Both the position numbers and the translations under genes were made by a program. Of a stretch of 64,000 nucleotides of DNA, positions 1 to 12,874 are shown in pieces. Each line of letters starts with the position of its first letter. Positions within the stretch are counted from its first letter, which is position 1. Below the pieces are notes generated by a model. That model had not been told where the DNA came from. It did not search any database and saw only the letters and a list, made by a program, of their open reading frames with translations. The DNA comes from Paraspadella gotoi (lineage: Eukaryota; Animalia; Chaetognatha), in assembly GCA_051294375.1 (NCBI GenBank), contig CM119264.1:26311011-26375010 (forward strand), written 5' to 3'.

Positions 1-1558
1 AGCCCTAGTTTTTGTCGTCTTAAACATCGTCTTCGTCTTTGTCAGTATCATTGTCATTCTCGGCAAATCTCTTGATTGTTTTCCTATCGTTTGTTAAAGT
101 ATAACCTTTAACTTTTAATAAATCTTAAATCATATCTTCTTTTGAGTTCATTGGGCTTTTCTTTGTAACTCACCAAATAAAAAAATAAATAAAATCACGG
201 CAGTGGGATGAAGACAAAAGAACAATAAAGGCAAAAGTTTTACTTTTTTTTAAATAATTAATTTTATGATTATTCATTACCATCATAATCATTATTATGA
301 TTATCATAATCAAAATTAACACGAACTTCGACTTCATCATCGTCATTATCATCATTATCCTCAATATTATCGCCATCAACACTTACATCATCATTATTCT
401 AATCATTACCATTAACATCAACGTAAGCTACGTGGATCTTTTTCTTCGATATCATCGTCGTCGCTATCATCGTCGACTTGTCGCATCAGCGCCTCTATCG
501 GAGGTCGCGTCGGCAGAGTCGGTAGCGTCAGGCGGCGGCGGCGGCGGCGACGGCGGCGGCGGCAGCGGCGGTGCGGCGCCGTGAGCAAAAGTCGTTTCCG
601 CTGCCAAATCTGCCTCCGTACGCCATTTGTTTTTTTCTCCCGCATTTTTTGTCTCTTGTTTCGTCAACTTGCCGTCATCACAAATGTCAGTTATTCAGTT
701 TTCAAAGACTATATAATAATAATAATGATAATTATAATACTAGTTAGTTGAGTCCTATTTTTACCATCCAATCTAGACGTGATTTAGGCACGTGATAATT
801 ATAATGGATTAATCTTTTTTTATTAATTCAGATTATCATTGCTCGTTAATGACAAATTCCTCGTTCCCGATCTTCGTTACGACCAAAGTTATTTTTTTCC
901 TCCGTCAGTGAATTATGTCTTCGTCTAGTTTATCATCGCCGTTTTTTTTTTTCTTTTTCTTTCATCGTAGAACAGAGAAAGTGGAGAAATAATGCGAAGT
1001 CATAAATCCATGGTCGATGTTGTTGTTGTTGTTGTCGTCGACGTTTTCGTTGTTGTCTTTATCTACATAACCGGAAATTTTACAGCTAATTGATAAGATA
1101 AATGTTTTACAAACATTTTTTTTTAATATAAAATTTTATATGATTAATTTATACTGCAATGTTCTCCATCATCTTGATTGCCATCTTTGTTTTACCCTTC
1201 TGTCAATGTCGGCTCAGTCTTAATCGTCATCTTTAATGTTGTTATCATAAAGAACTTTTCCTCGATAGTGACTTAAATTTCTTAAAATGTAATTACTAAA
1301 GGCAAAACTGTTTTCTGAAATTTTTACCTTTGTTAAAAAGAATTAATTAAGCCTATTTCTTAAGTCAATTGCGTATACTGTAACATGCAAATGAGATTAA
1401 CTAGAAAACTCCTTTTTTTTTTTTTTTTGAAAAAAGGGAGGTCCTGATAAATACAGGGTGTACCGGGTGGGATCTTTAATCAACTGGAAGCGAAGCTCTT
1501 TTCCTGCTCCGGGTGAGCACCCAGTGGAGTGAGAAAAAGAGAGAGACACGAGCAGAAG

Positions 1559-1590
<32 letters not shown>

Positions 1591-1929
1591 AGAGTAGAGA
1601 GAATGACAGAGAAGAGAGAGAGAGAATAGATATACGGAGAGATAGAGAAAGGAGAGAGAAGCAGAGAAAAACTGTATAGAAGAGTTTGACAAAAAAAGAA
1701 GATAAGAGTAGAAAGTAAAGAAAGAAAAGAAAAAACAAACATCTATAATACTAATCCGTTTTTTAGAGCGGCGACAGAAAAGAACCAAGAGAGAGATGGC
1801 GGTAAGAAGAGTGAGATAGATGATTGAGAGTAGTATGAATATATACATCTCGAAGAGGTTAGAGATATATTAAGAGAGCAAGAGTTATACCGTAGAGTAG
1901 AGAGAGAGATGGTATAGACGAAGCTTACG

Positions 1930-3771
1930 TTAACTTTTCCACAGAGCCCTTCGATCATGTCCCAGCGCGCAAGAACGTCAGACTGAATTCATATTTAAGT
2001 ACGAAATGCGAGCGCCTCTTGAGAGACACACTCCGTGCACATCAAAACTTATTTCTACATTTCTCTGTCTTCCTTTCCTTCTCCGCACACTGTTTCCTTC
2101 CTTCTACCTTCTCTCCCAGCCCATAACTAACGAGCCCATACAAAACTCTTTTCACTCTATACTCGTACTGAGCTCCTTCTTCACCACAAAGTCGCGTTAA
2201 ACCCACGCGGCCAGTAACAGTATCTTGATACTTATAGCGATATAGGCGCCCTATCGCACTTTCGCTGATTACTTATCATAGAGCGAAATAACGACGGTAT
2301 ATTTCTTCATGTTCGCGCCCGCAGTGACCCTTTTTACATTTTCATCCTGTATATCTTTCTCTTGTATTCAAACCATGTACTTTATGCACAACGTATTGAA
2401 TACATTGCTTTGTTATCGCTACATATTATTCCTTTATAGTCTTTTACTATCTCGATTTTTTAAATGCGTGGCCCGCCTAGCTCACGCAGCTCCTTAATAT
2501 TGAAGTTCTTTTTTCTGTCTTCTAATAATATTGCACCAAATGAAACTGATAGCTGCGAAAGACGTCATACTGCACTTTTTAGCGTATGGGGACAGAAACG
2601 ACTTACCCGACCCGCAAAAGTTGAATTTTTAGAGTTTCTCACTAGTCACTTCAGAGAGGCCAACCAGAGCCATGTTATCTCCTACTAAATCTGAAAAACA
2701 GCCAGATAATGTGAGGAATACCCGGAGGTGAATAAGGGGAATACTAAATTACTTTAGCTACCCGCGCACTAATTACTACCGTTCTATACCGATCGAAGTG
2801 ACCTTGCCCTACTTACCCTCCTGGAAAAATTCATTTACCACTGCGAACCGCGCACTTATCTCGAAACAGGTTGTAGAACCGTGGCCGCTGAACTGGAGGA
2901 GAAAGGAAGACGAATGATCAGTCGACAGACGACCTGCTCAACGGCGGTAGCAATAGCAGGGAGAGCGCCAGAGGCGAGGCCATCTCCTCTACTCTCTCTC
3001 TCTTCTCAATCGATCTTTTCCTCATCTCTCCTCATCCTATCATCTCAATCAGCAATCCTCGCGTTTCACCGGCGCGACAATCCCTTACCATCCCATCATC
3101 TCACCTCATCCCGCTCTGCCACTCGTCCCAACGCCTCATCCTCTCCTTCACTCCATCCTTGTGGTCCCTCTGCACATTCACGACAATAATATAAGCCAAG
3201 CGCAACCTTTTGCGCGGATAAAAGTCATTATAGGCAACAGCGAACAGAATAAACGAAATATCAGAGAAAAAATAACGACGAAAGATTAATACACAGATTC
3301 AATAAGAAACAGAAAGAGGCTGGCATTTAAGTAAGACTTTTCAGCCAGAATAGTAATATAGAATAGGTTCACAAGTTACGCGTACGTGGTCTTTTAATAG
3401 AGTGTTATTATTATTAAAGTATTTTTTATTCATTTACTGATAGGAAATGCAACTATGTCGAAAACAATAACTTGTATGAATATTAAGGACTGAAGCGAAC
3501 ATAATCATATATAGAACATAATGAAAAGAGAGAATACAAATTAAAAAATTCATTATAGGTAAACTAAATTTAATAAGAAATGAATCGAACAGATACTTCA
3601 AAAGAATATGATATTAGAATATGAAAATTTAGGAGTTAACATCCACTTTTGTTCAGCGCTCGCATTCCCCTTAAAAAAAACCATATAGAACCTGGACATA
3701 AAAGAATGAAGGAGGATAAGGAGGTTGGAAAAAAAAAGGAAAGAAGNNNNNNNNNNNNNNNNNNNNNNNNN

Positions 3772-3804
<33 letters not shown>

Positions 3805-4570
3805 TAACTTTTTCCAACAACCTTTGCGAATGTAGCGGAAGAACCGACTAATCGAGCGAAACCCCGCGCTAAAAAACTTTTTTTTTCTTTTCGCTTTTTT
3901 CTCCCGCAGAAAATTTTTCTCTACTCGTACTGAGTTAAAATGTCGCTTAAACCGCAGTAACGTATTTTGATCTTAAAAGAAAGGACATTTCTTTTTCTTT
4001 CCTTTTCTTTTCTCTTCTTTTCTCTTTCTTTTCTCTTTCTTATCTTTTCACTTTCTTTTCTTTTCCCTTTCTTTTCTCAAAGTGAGACGCTCGGCGCGAA
4101 TTTATCTTCTCCGCAGATAATGTGAGATATAATGAAGGAAAGGGGAAACAAATACTCAGTGATGAATGCTTTCTTTTACTGCCGCACTTTATTCGAACGG
4201 TTGTAGGAACCCCGCTGAGAGAAGGAAGACGATGACGTCGACGACGACGCTCACGACGACGATAACGATTCGAGAAAAACAACGACGAAGATTAATACGA
4301 TTAAGAAAGAAAGAGGCGGCATTTAGTAAGAATTTTCGGCCAAGTATTAGATAGGCAAGTTACCTGGTCTTTTATAATGTTATTTTAAATATTTTTACAT
4401 TTACTGATAGGAAATGATGTCAATATTGTTGATGTAACATTTCAAATCATTTGAAAACAAAAAAAAATTAAAAAATTCATGTAGGAACCTTAAAAAACAT
4501 ATGATTTAAATATGAAAATTTAGGAGTTCAAACTTTGTTCAGGCTGATTTAAAAACTACTGACATAGGGC
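1930..4570 (+). repeat. Noisy tandem duplication (~1930-3720 long copy vs ~3800-4570 short copy) across a 25-N gap
   Basis: Ordered shared anchors: ACTCGTACTGAG, CAGATAATGTGAG, GGTTGTAG.AACC, ACGACGAA.GATTAATAC, CATTTACTGATAGGAAATG, TATGAAAATTT.GGAGTT. Confidence 0.8.
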
Positions 4571-5665
4571 TAAAAGACTGTATTATCAGATTTTTTAATT
4601 TTTGTCATCTTCAGGTGCAAATTAAAACCTTTGCATAATACCCATTAGCTATATTAATATAACAATTTTTTATTAAAAAAAGCACTACAATCTTTTAATA
4701 ACACGCGAATGCATGTAGCTGTATGGTAAAATTGTTGTTTTTATTTTTTATTATAATACAAGGCTTTTATCAATAAAGGGGTAAATTGCAAAGAAAATGA
4801 GTTATTTCAAGGCTCCATATTGACACTATGATATCAATGAATTTTATTTATTTATTTAAAAAGAATTCAGACTAAGCGCCATGTTTATTTTCAGTATTTT
4901 ATAGTCAAGACCTTTATGGATTTTCTTTGTTCCGGCGGCGTTGGATAGCCCAAACACTGCAGTTTCAGAAATCATCCATGGTTTTGTAATATTTACTGCG
5001 CTACTGGTGCAAAAATTGCTAGGAACCAAAATTATCCGAAACCGCTTCGTTCTTTCGGATTTTTTTTTAAGCGCGGAGCGACATATCTACAAGTATGTAC
5101 ATTTGTACAATGAATAAATATTTATTTTTTAGGCTTTTTAAAAACAAAAGAACAACATCCCCTCTGTTAGGGTCGAGGTGAGGAGAGGAGAGGAGGCGTA
5201 GAAAAAAAAACGGAAAACAAAAAAATCCAATTGTGAAATGTGAATTGACGAAGCGAAAATTGGGTGAAGACGTCGACAACCAATAAACTGCGACGTTGGA
5301 ACGCGAGTGGAAGAAGGTCACGTGATATGAATCATTGAATAGAAACCACGAGATGTCATCCTCGGTGTTGTTTGTGTAAAAGTTTTACAAAAACTGAAAT
5401 AGTCCTTGGCTGTCGCATTACTCTTTGTAAAAACCTACGCCCTTCACAAGCAGCGTTCTGTGTCACACCTGGCTAGAGAAAACCCAGAGTGGCGTTAAAA
5501 AATTTCTCGAAAAAACCCCCGATTTAAAGCTCACATATGGACACAAATTGGCGCTAAAATTGTTGCAGGAATTCACGCGCGCATGGTCGAACAAATTAGA
5601 GCGCAAATAGTCAACCGAATTGTTCATCGCATGGGCAAACAAGATGGCATATGAATTTTGACGCT

Positions 5666-5713
5666 CGAATTAGCGCGCGAATTGGCGCCCGAATTGGCGC
5701 CCGAATTGGCGCG
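5666..5713 (+). repeat. 12-bp tandem repeat CGAATTGGCGCC x4 (degenerate period-12 units extend back to ~5540)
   Basis: CGAATTAGCGCG CGAATTGGCGCC CGAATTGGCGCC CGAATTGGCGCG. Confidence 0.8.
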
Positions 5714-5742
5714 GAGGTCGCGCGAGATGAATGAGGTCGAAC

Positions 5743-5840
5743 GATGTTTGGATGACCCCACGCGGTTGGGGTCAGAAGATGTTGGTTGACCTCTACGCGC
5801 TGAGGGTCAAGAGATGTTGGATCTCCAGACGCGGGTGAGG
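5743..5840. repeat. 35-bp tandem repeat x3 with internal hairpins
   Basis: Units start GATGTT(T)GG at 5743, 5778 and 5813. Unit 1 has the stem TGACCCCA-cgcggt-TGGGGTCA; unit 2 has TTGACCTC-tacgcgct-GAGGGTCAA. Confidence 0.7.
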
Positions 5841-6810
5841 AATTATGACTGGAAGGTGAGGGCGAATGGTAAGACGAGGAAACGAAAGCTTCCTTCTATT
5901 TTTTCGTCTTTTCTTTTCTTTTCTCTTTTTTCGTCTTTTCTTTCTTTTCTTTTCTTTTCTTTTTTTTCGTAATTTCTTTTTCTTTTCTCTTTTTTCGTTG
6001 TCTTCTTTCTTTTCTTTCTCTTCTCTTTCTTTTCTTATCCTTTTCTTTTTTTTTCCTTTTTCTTTTCTTCTTCTCTTATTTTTCGATGCGTCTTTTCTTT
6101 CTTTTTTTTCTTTTTTCTTTTCCTTTTCTTTTCCTTCTTTTTTTCCTCGTTTTTCTTATTCTTTTCTTTCTTTTCTTTTTTCTCTTTTTTCTCTTTTCTT
6201 TTCGGTTCATGTTTATTTATTTTATTTATTTTTTTTTCTTTTTCCCTTTTACATTAATTAGGTCTTTTTTTTCGTTTACATTTTTTTTTTTTTCATTTGA
6301 CTCGATCTATATTCTCTCTCTTATTTTATTTCCTGATTATTATTTCTTTTGTCTTTTTATCTTTTTCTATTTCTTATTTCTTTTCTTTCTTTCTTTCTTT
6401 TCATCTTTGTATTTTTTTTTTTTATTTTTTTATATTTTTTGATTTTTTTTTTTTTTTTTTTTCTTTTCTGCTTTCTTTTCTTTCTTTCTTCTTATTCCTT
6501 TTCTTTCTCTATTTCTTTTTCTCCCCTCTTTCTTTTTCCTTTCTATCCATAGAGCCCCAATGTCTGTTAGTCTCTCTCTTCTCTCCTCTCGTCGTCCTCT
6601 CGTCTTTCATCGTCCTCCTGGTGACCTCTCCTCATACGCTCTCTTTCTATCTCCNNNNNNNNNNNNNNNNNNNNNNNNNTTCTTTTCTTTTCTTTTCTTT
6701 TCTTTTCTTTTTTTTCTCTACTTTACATTTCATTTCTTTTCTTTACATTATTTTAAGTACTTTTTATTTCGTTTACTTTTTAATTTTTCATTTCTCTCTC
6801 TCTCTCTCTT

Positions 6811-6841
<31 letters not shown>

Positions 6842-8489
6842 TNNNNNNNNNNNNNNNNNNNNNNNNNNNNNNNNNNNNNNNNNNNNNNNNNNNNNNNNNN
6901 NNNNNNNNNNNNNNNNNNNNNNNNNNNNNNNNNNNNNNNNNNNNNNNNNNNNNNNNNNNNNNNNNNNNNNNNNNNNNNNNNNNNNNNNNNNNNNNNNNNN
7001 NNNNNNNNNNNNNNNNNNNNNNNNNNTCTCTCTCTCTCCCATCTGATCTTAATCCTCCGTTTGTTTTCCTTGTTTTCCTAATTTTCCCTCAAAGAGACTT
7101 AAAAACCGTTACCGCAGTTCGGCAGCCTCGAAAATCGAGTTGGAAAGAGATTCGCGTAGTTTAGTTGATTCACTTTTCTCTTTTTTCCTTCTCTTTCCTT
7201 TCTTTCTTTCTTTCCATTAATTTACTTCTGTTCTTCTTTCTTTTCTCCTCCCTCTTTTCCTCCCGACGTAAATCGTAATCGTCAGAAGTCAGTTTAATTC
7301 CTCTTCTTCTCTTTTCTCCCTTACCTTTTCTACTACTCAATCTTCCCTCCCTTGACCCTTTCCTCTTTCTTCCTCCCTCCTCTTTATTCCGTTTCCCCCA
7401 TTTCTTTCCTTTCCTCCCTTTTCTTCTCCACCTTTTTCTTTCCTTCCTCCGACCCTTGCCTCTTTCTTCCTCTCTCCCCCTTTAAAACCTCCTTTTTTTA
7501 CCTTTCTCCCTTTTCTTCAGTCTCTATTAATATCTCCTCCGCTGACGCTCCTTTTCTTTTTTCTTTCCTCCACCTCTTCCTCCTCTTTCTTCGACCATTT
7601 CCAGCCTTTCCTTCCGTTCCTTCCATTTCTCACCCGTTTCGTTCCTTTTTCTCCGCGGCCGCCATATTTTTTTTTACGATAAAAGAGAAACGCGCGTCAC
7701 TCACCCTTTTTACGAGCGACGGATTAACTCATTATCTCCGCGAAGCCGACAGCTTTTCTTTTTCCTCCGTCGTGAGACGCGTGTGATCCTAGAAAGAAAA
7801 TAAAAGAAGGGAGGGGAAGGTGGGAGGAAGAGGAGAAGTTAAATATTAACAGATTCAATAAAAAGAATGTATATTATTACGGAAAATAATAATTCTAGAT
7901 ATAATACTAATTCTAAAGTCCTAAAAACCCCAAGATTCTTTGCATCCCCCAGAGTTCACTCTCTCTCCTCACTCTAACATTCACTGCCCACGAATTCCGG
8001 TCACGACGTTTCACCAAATCCCCAATGAATCCACGATCTTGCTCTGGACGAAATGACCACACGCCCACGCCGCAGTTGCCCAAGTCAACGCGTCCAATCC
8101 AAGGACTCATCTCTCTCTCTCTCTCNNNNNNNNNNNNNNNNNNNNNNNNNNNNNNNNNNNNNNNNNNNNNNNNNNNNNNNNNNNNNNNNNNNNNNNNNNN
8201 NNNNNNNNNNNNNNNNNNNNNNNNNNNNNNNNNNNNNNNNNNNNNNNNNNNNNNNNNNNNNNNNNNNNNNNNNNNNNNNNNNNNNNNNNNNNNNNNNNNN
8301 TTCTCTTTTTTACCCTCTTAACCTTACCCTGTCCTCACCCTGATCTCTCCTCATCGCTCCCTACCCACCCGTCTTCCTTTGATCCGAAGAGAGAGATCTC
8401 TAACATGTCACTGCCCACCGAATTCGGTCAACGGACGTTTCAACCGTCAAAATCCCCATAGAATCGCACGATCCCTTGCTCTGGACGAT

Positions 8490-9352
8490 AATGACTCACC
8501 AGACGCACACAGGGCCGCCAGTTGCCCAAGTCAACGGCGTCCAATCCAGACATCATCTCTCTCTCTCGTCTCTCTCCTCCTCTTCTCTTGCTCTCTCCAT
8601 CGTCGTCTCTCTCTCTCTCTATCTCACTTCGTCTTCTCTCTTTCGCAATCTTCTCACGACGTGTTTTTGACCTAGTAGGGAGTCATAAGCATCCTGTTTC
8701 TTCTTTTTTAGCCTAATCCTCTAACCTTATCCACCACTGATCACTCCACCCTGGATTCTATCCTCATAGCGGCTCACTACCCCCGTCTTCCTTGATTCGC
8801 CGTTTTCCGAGCGATTCAACGTGGACAATGCGATCGAGACGCGTTTTGCCCCTGCCTCGGCTGCCAAGCGAGTCGTAGCGGCTTCACGTCTCCTCATCTC
8901 TTCTCTCTCATCGTCATCGTCTCTCTCTCTAATCTCTGTGCTCTCTCTCTCGTCACCCTCTCCCCAACTGTTGAATTTGCCTGGCTTTANNNNNNNNNNN
9001 NNNNNNNNNNNNNNGAATTCCTGCTTTCCTCTCTCAAGCTTTTGTCCACTCATGTGCGAGTTGGCCAAAGATTGGTCACGTGATGAGGCTCCAAGCACAG
9101 CCACCTTTTCCTTTTTTTTCAACCTCCTTTTTCCTCCTTTTCATTTTTTCCTTTTTCCATTTTCATTTTGGAGACGACTCACTGGTCATTCATTCATTCA
9201 TCTATAAATTTAGTTTTTATTAATTTTTTTTTATCCCTTCATTTATTTTTTCGTTCAGTCCTTAATTGTTTTCATTCATTAATTCACTATTTCATTGTAA
9301 TTTTCATTCAATGCTTTCGCCAAAAGGTTCGCTTCCTTTATTATTGTCGTGA

Positions 9353-9384
<32 letters not shown>

Positions 9385-10443
9385 GAGAGACGAGAAGAAG
9401 AGAGAGAGAGAGAGGAAGAGAGAGAGAAGGCTGCCACCATGCTGCGGCTCCCCGCATACTGGAGCCGTACCGTTTTTCTCGAGGGTAATATTTTCCCCGA
9501 AGAGCCCGGAATAGTGAGAAGCGTTTTCCGGTAGGAAAGAAAATATTCCGCGCTGCTAAAAAACACGGCCGCTTTTTAGGTTGCGGCCGCGAGTACTAGC
9601 TGAGAAACTCTAAAAGGTCACTTCGGTTGGGGGGGGGGGGGGGTAAGGGTCGTTCTGTCCCCCCATAACATTAAAAATGCATTGATTTGCCTATAGTTAG
9701 TTGCTCATTTATTAAGACAGAAAAAAACCCTCAAATCTAAGGGACTGGGCTAGCGGCCACCTTCAAAGAAATCATAGAACTATAAGGAATAAATGACGGA
9801 ATTTTAAAGCAAGGCATGTCATCAATACATGTCATATATGTGAATCAAAGAGAAATACAAGAAAAAAATAAAGTCAACTGCGGCGCAACACATTGGAATT
9901 AACCGTTCTTCGTTTTTTCTCCTCTATGATTAGAGTTAATTCAGCGAAGCGAAGGTGAAAGAGGCGAATTATATTCGCTTGAGTGGGCGGTGGAAGAGGG
10001 CGCAGGGCTATAGGGTGGGGTGAGGAGGGACATCTTTCGAAGGTGAACAGAAATTGAAATAGGGAGAGTGTCAACGGAAGATTGGTCTTTCAAAGGGCGA
10101 TGTTTATTTAAAATTTATAAACAAATCTTTGGGCGACGAGGAACGGAGTAAAATATTTGTTACATAAAACGATGTGTGAAATATAAAAAACGTGAGTGGT
10201 AAACTTAAAAATAAGACCCAACGGTGGTTAAAAAAAAACGTTGAACGTTCTTGAGGCAACGCAACTTTTTCCTTCTGGGACAATTCAAACATTGCTAAAA
10301 GTAAAAAATAAGAACAGGATACTAATTATCCCCCTTTTTTCCCCCATTCTTCGCGCAACTGATCATTGTTAACTTTTCCCGCTAATTACTTTCGCGGCCG
10401 TCTCGATCGCGATGTCGTCAATATAAATATAAATACAATAAAA

Positions 10444-10482
<39 letters not shown>

Positions 10483-10501
10483 AATAAATTAAATAAATAA
10501 G

Positions 10502-10560
<59 letters not shown>

Positions 10561-11170
10561 ATTAATAAATAAATAAATATAAATAAATAAATTTAAAAAA
10601 TGAATAAAATATATAAAAAAAAGAAAAAAAATAATAAAAGGATTACGAGTGACATAATTGGTTGTGATGGTGAAAGAAGGAAATATGAGATGGCGGAAAA
10701 AATAGGAAAGAGTCACGTGATCCGAAGGAAAGTGGTGATGTTTGAAAAAAGGAGATGATTAGAAAAGGAATAAAGATGAGAAATAGTTAACTGGATATAA
10801 CTCTGACTGAGGCAACATGAGCAGTGAGCAAGCGGAAAAGCCTGTTTTCCAGTGAATGAATTTTTTTTTTCTGCCAAAATTTCAGTTGATAAAAAAATCT
10901 ACAGAGGTAGAATTTGAAATGATTTTTTTTAAAATAAAGTGATTAATTTCTTTCTTTTTTTTTTAAATTCCATATCCAAATATTCAAAAATGATTAGACG
11001 ACGACAACGACGACAAGGAAGAAACGAACAACGACCGACAACGACGGACGACGAGGCCCAGCTCTCTCCCAAAACAAATATTTCCGCCTTCCGATAAAAC
11101 AATCGAATCCGGAATTGACAACCAGCTATTGTCCTACCTAACGATTAACTGTTTCATTTTAATGTCTCTC

Positions 11171-11216
<46 letters not shown>

Positions 11217-11520
11217 TCTTCTCTCTCTCTCTCTCTCTCTCTTCTCATCGTCTCTCTCTCTTCTCTCCGACCAGAGCTTTGTGCTTCGTTCCTACTAAAA
11301 ATTGTTTCCCCTCTCCTTTTTTTCCCCACGACTTAATGGCGGTTCATTAAATTTTTCAAGGAGGCTGAATTAAAGCCTATCGCTTTCCTTCAACCCGCCC
11401 CGCCCCTTTCCGCCCCCCTCCCCTCTCAACCGCTGGAGGTGGGCGGCGTGGCGTCGGAGTCCCCGCTATTTACGAGTTGTTTCATGTTTATTTGCGCAGA
11501 CTTGTTTAGGTGAGCTCTAT
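8490..11520 (+). repeat. Segment X, copy 1 (other copies: 14981-16584 direct and partial; 18800-21607 inverted)
   Basis: Shared anchors such as CGCGCTGCTAAAAAAC.CGGCCGC, (AAAT)n, GTCACGTGATCCG and TTTGCGCAGACTTGTTTAGGTGAG. Confidence 0.9.
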
Positions 11521-11784
11521 CGCTCTCCTCTCTCTCTCTCTCTCTCCTCTCCTCGTCTCGTCACGTCATCCTCTCTCGTGTCGCTCTCGCTCTCTCAGTA
11601 CTCTCTCTCCTCTCTATTCCTTTCTTCTCTGCTCTGCTCTCTCCTCTTTCTCTAAAATTAGGATTAATGAAGGTGTGTCATAATCAATAAAAAAAAGAAA
11701 AAATACGATATGAATCTTCGTCATCGAAATTATTCTAAGATATCGCCGATCGCAAGGATTCGTTTGTGACCTTCGATGACATGG

Positions 11785-11995
11785 AACGCGAACACCTTTC
11801 AAGACCGTCCCTCTTTTCTTCTGACTGATTCCTCTCTTTATAGTTATCTTTTTATTATTTTTATTTTATTTTTTATATTGTAATCAGTGTCCTTTTTCTG
11901 AGTTTACGTCTATGCTTCATTTTCCTAAAATTATTTTTACGTTACATAAGTGTTGGAACGTCGAAAAGATTCTGCTGAGCTGAGTAGAGAGAGAG

Positions 11996-12070
<75 letters not shown>

Positions 12071-12789
12071 AGAGAGAGAGAGAGAGAGAGAGAGGCGATC
12101 CCAACATTGATTCGAATCGTAGCTTCTTCAATACGTGTTCCTCCACCAAAGCCCAACTGATATTCGTAATTTGTTGTAGTTGGAATCAATGTTGCCACGA
12201 TCTGCTCGTCTTTAGGCATGAAACTATAATCTATAAATAGATGCAAAACAAAAAGAGTCGAAAACAAGAAACCAACAGAATGAAAATACAAAACAAATAA
12301 ACAAAAGGAACAACTTTTGCTTTGGTGAAAAGATAGGACGTTGGCGGACAACAACCCAAAAGGAAACAACAAACGACAAAGCGAAAGCAATAAACTTCTC
12401 CTGTACTCCGTTCGGGAACGGAGACAAAATTCGGCGTCGGGCGAGTCGACCGATCGTGCAAGTCGTGAGCGGGCGAGCTTTTAAGTCATTTCCCGATCTA
12501 ATCGTGGCTTCTTGCCAAATACATAAGCGGTGATACTACGGCTCGTGCCAACAATACGTTGCAATGTTGATGTCTTACAGTAAAAGGCAAGACTCTCACG
12601 TCTGCTAAAAGTCAATAAGCTGACTTAGTCTTATTAGCAAAGTTGCGCAAATCGCGTTTTAAACACAGCTTCGTATAAGCGATGCCAAGGTAAGCCGACC
12701 AAACGAGCGAAAAACGTCGGCGCCAGGCCACAATTCACCTTACTCTCTCTCTCTCTCTGTTCCTTCTCCTCTCTCTCCTCTGCTTTCTC

Positions 12790-12822
<33 letters not shown>

Positions 12823-12843
12823 TCTGCTCTCCTCTCGAGATCT

Positions 12844-12874
<31 letters not shown>

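Noticed and set aside
297-667. Ile-rich/poly-Gly and poly-Pro/Arg ORFs
   Set aside because: Derived from (ATC/ATT)n and (GGC)n triplet tracts that recur elsewhere in non-coding repeats (13345, 23057, 60913).
5743-5840. Palindromic 35-bp repeats as a CRISPR array
   Set aside because: Units are head-to-tail without spacers, diverged, in eukaryotic DNA with no cas genes.
5866-7081. Long Phe/Ser/Leu-rich ORFs (and the many SLSLSL, RERERE, YLFIYLFI ORFs across the window)
   Set aside because: Translations of T-rich, (CT/GA)n and (AAAT)n simple repeats or N gaps, open in several frames at once, with no splice or domain support.
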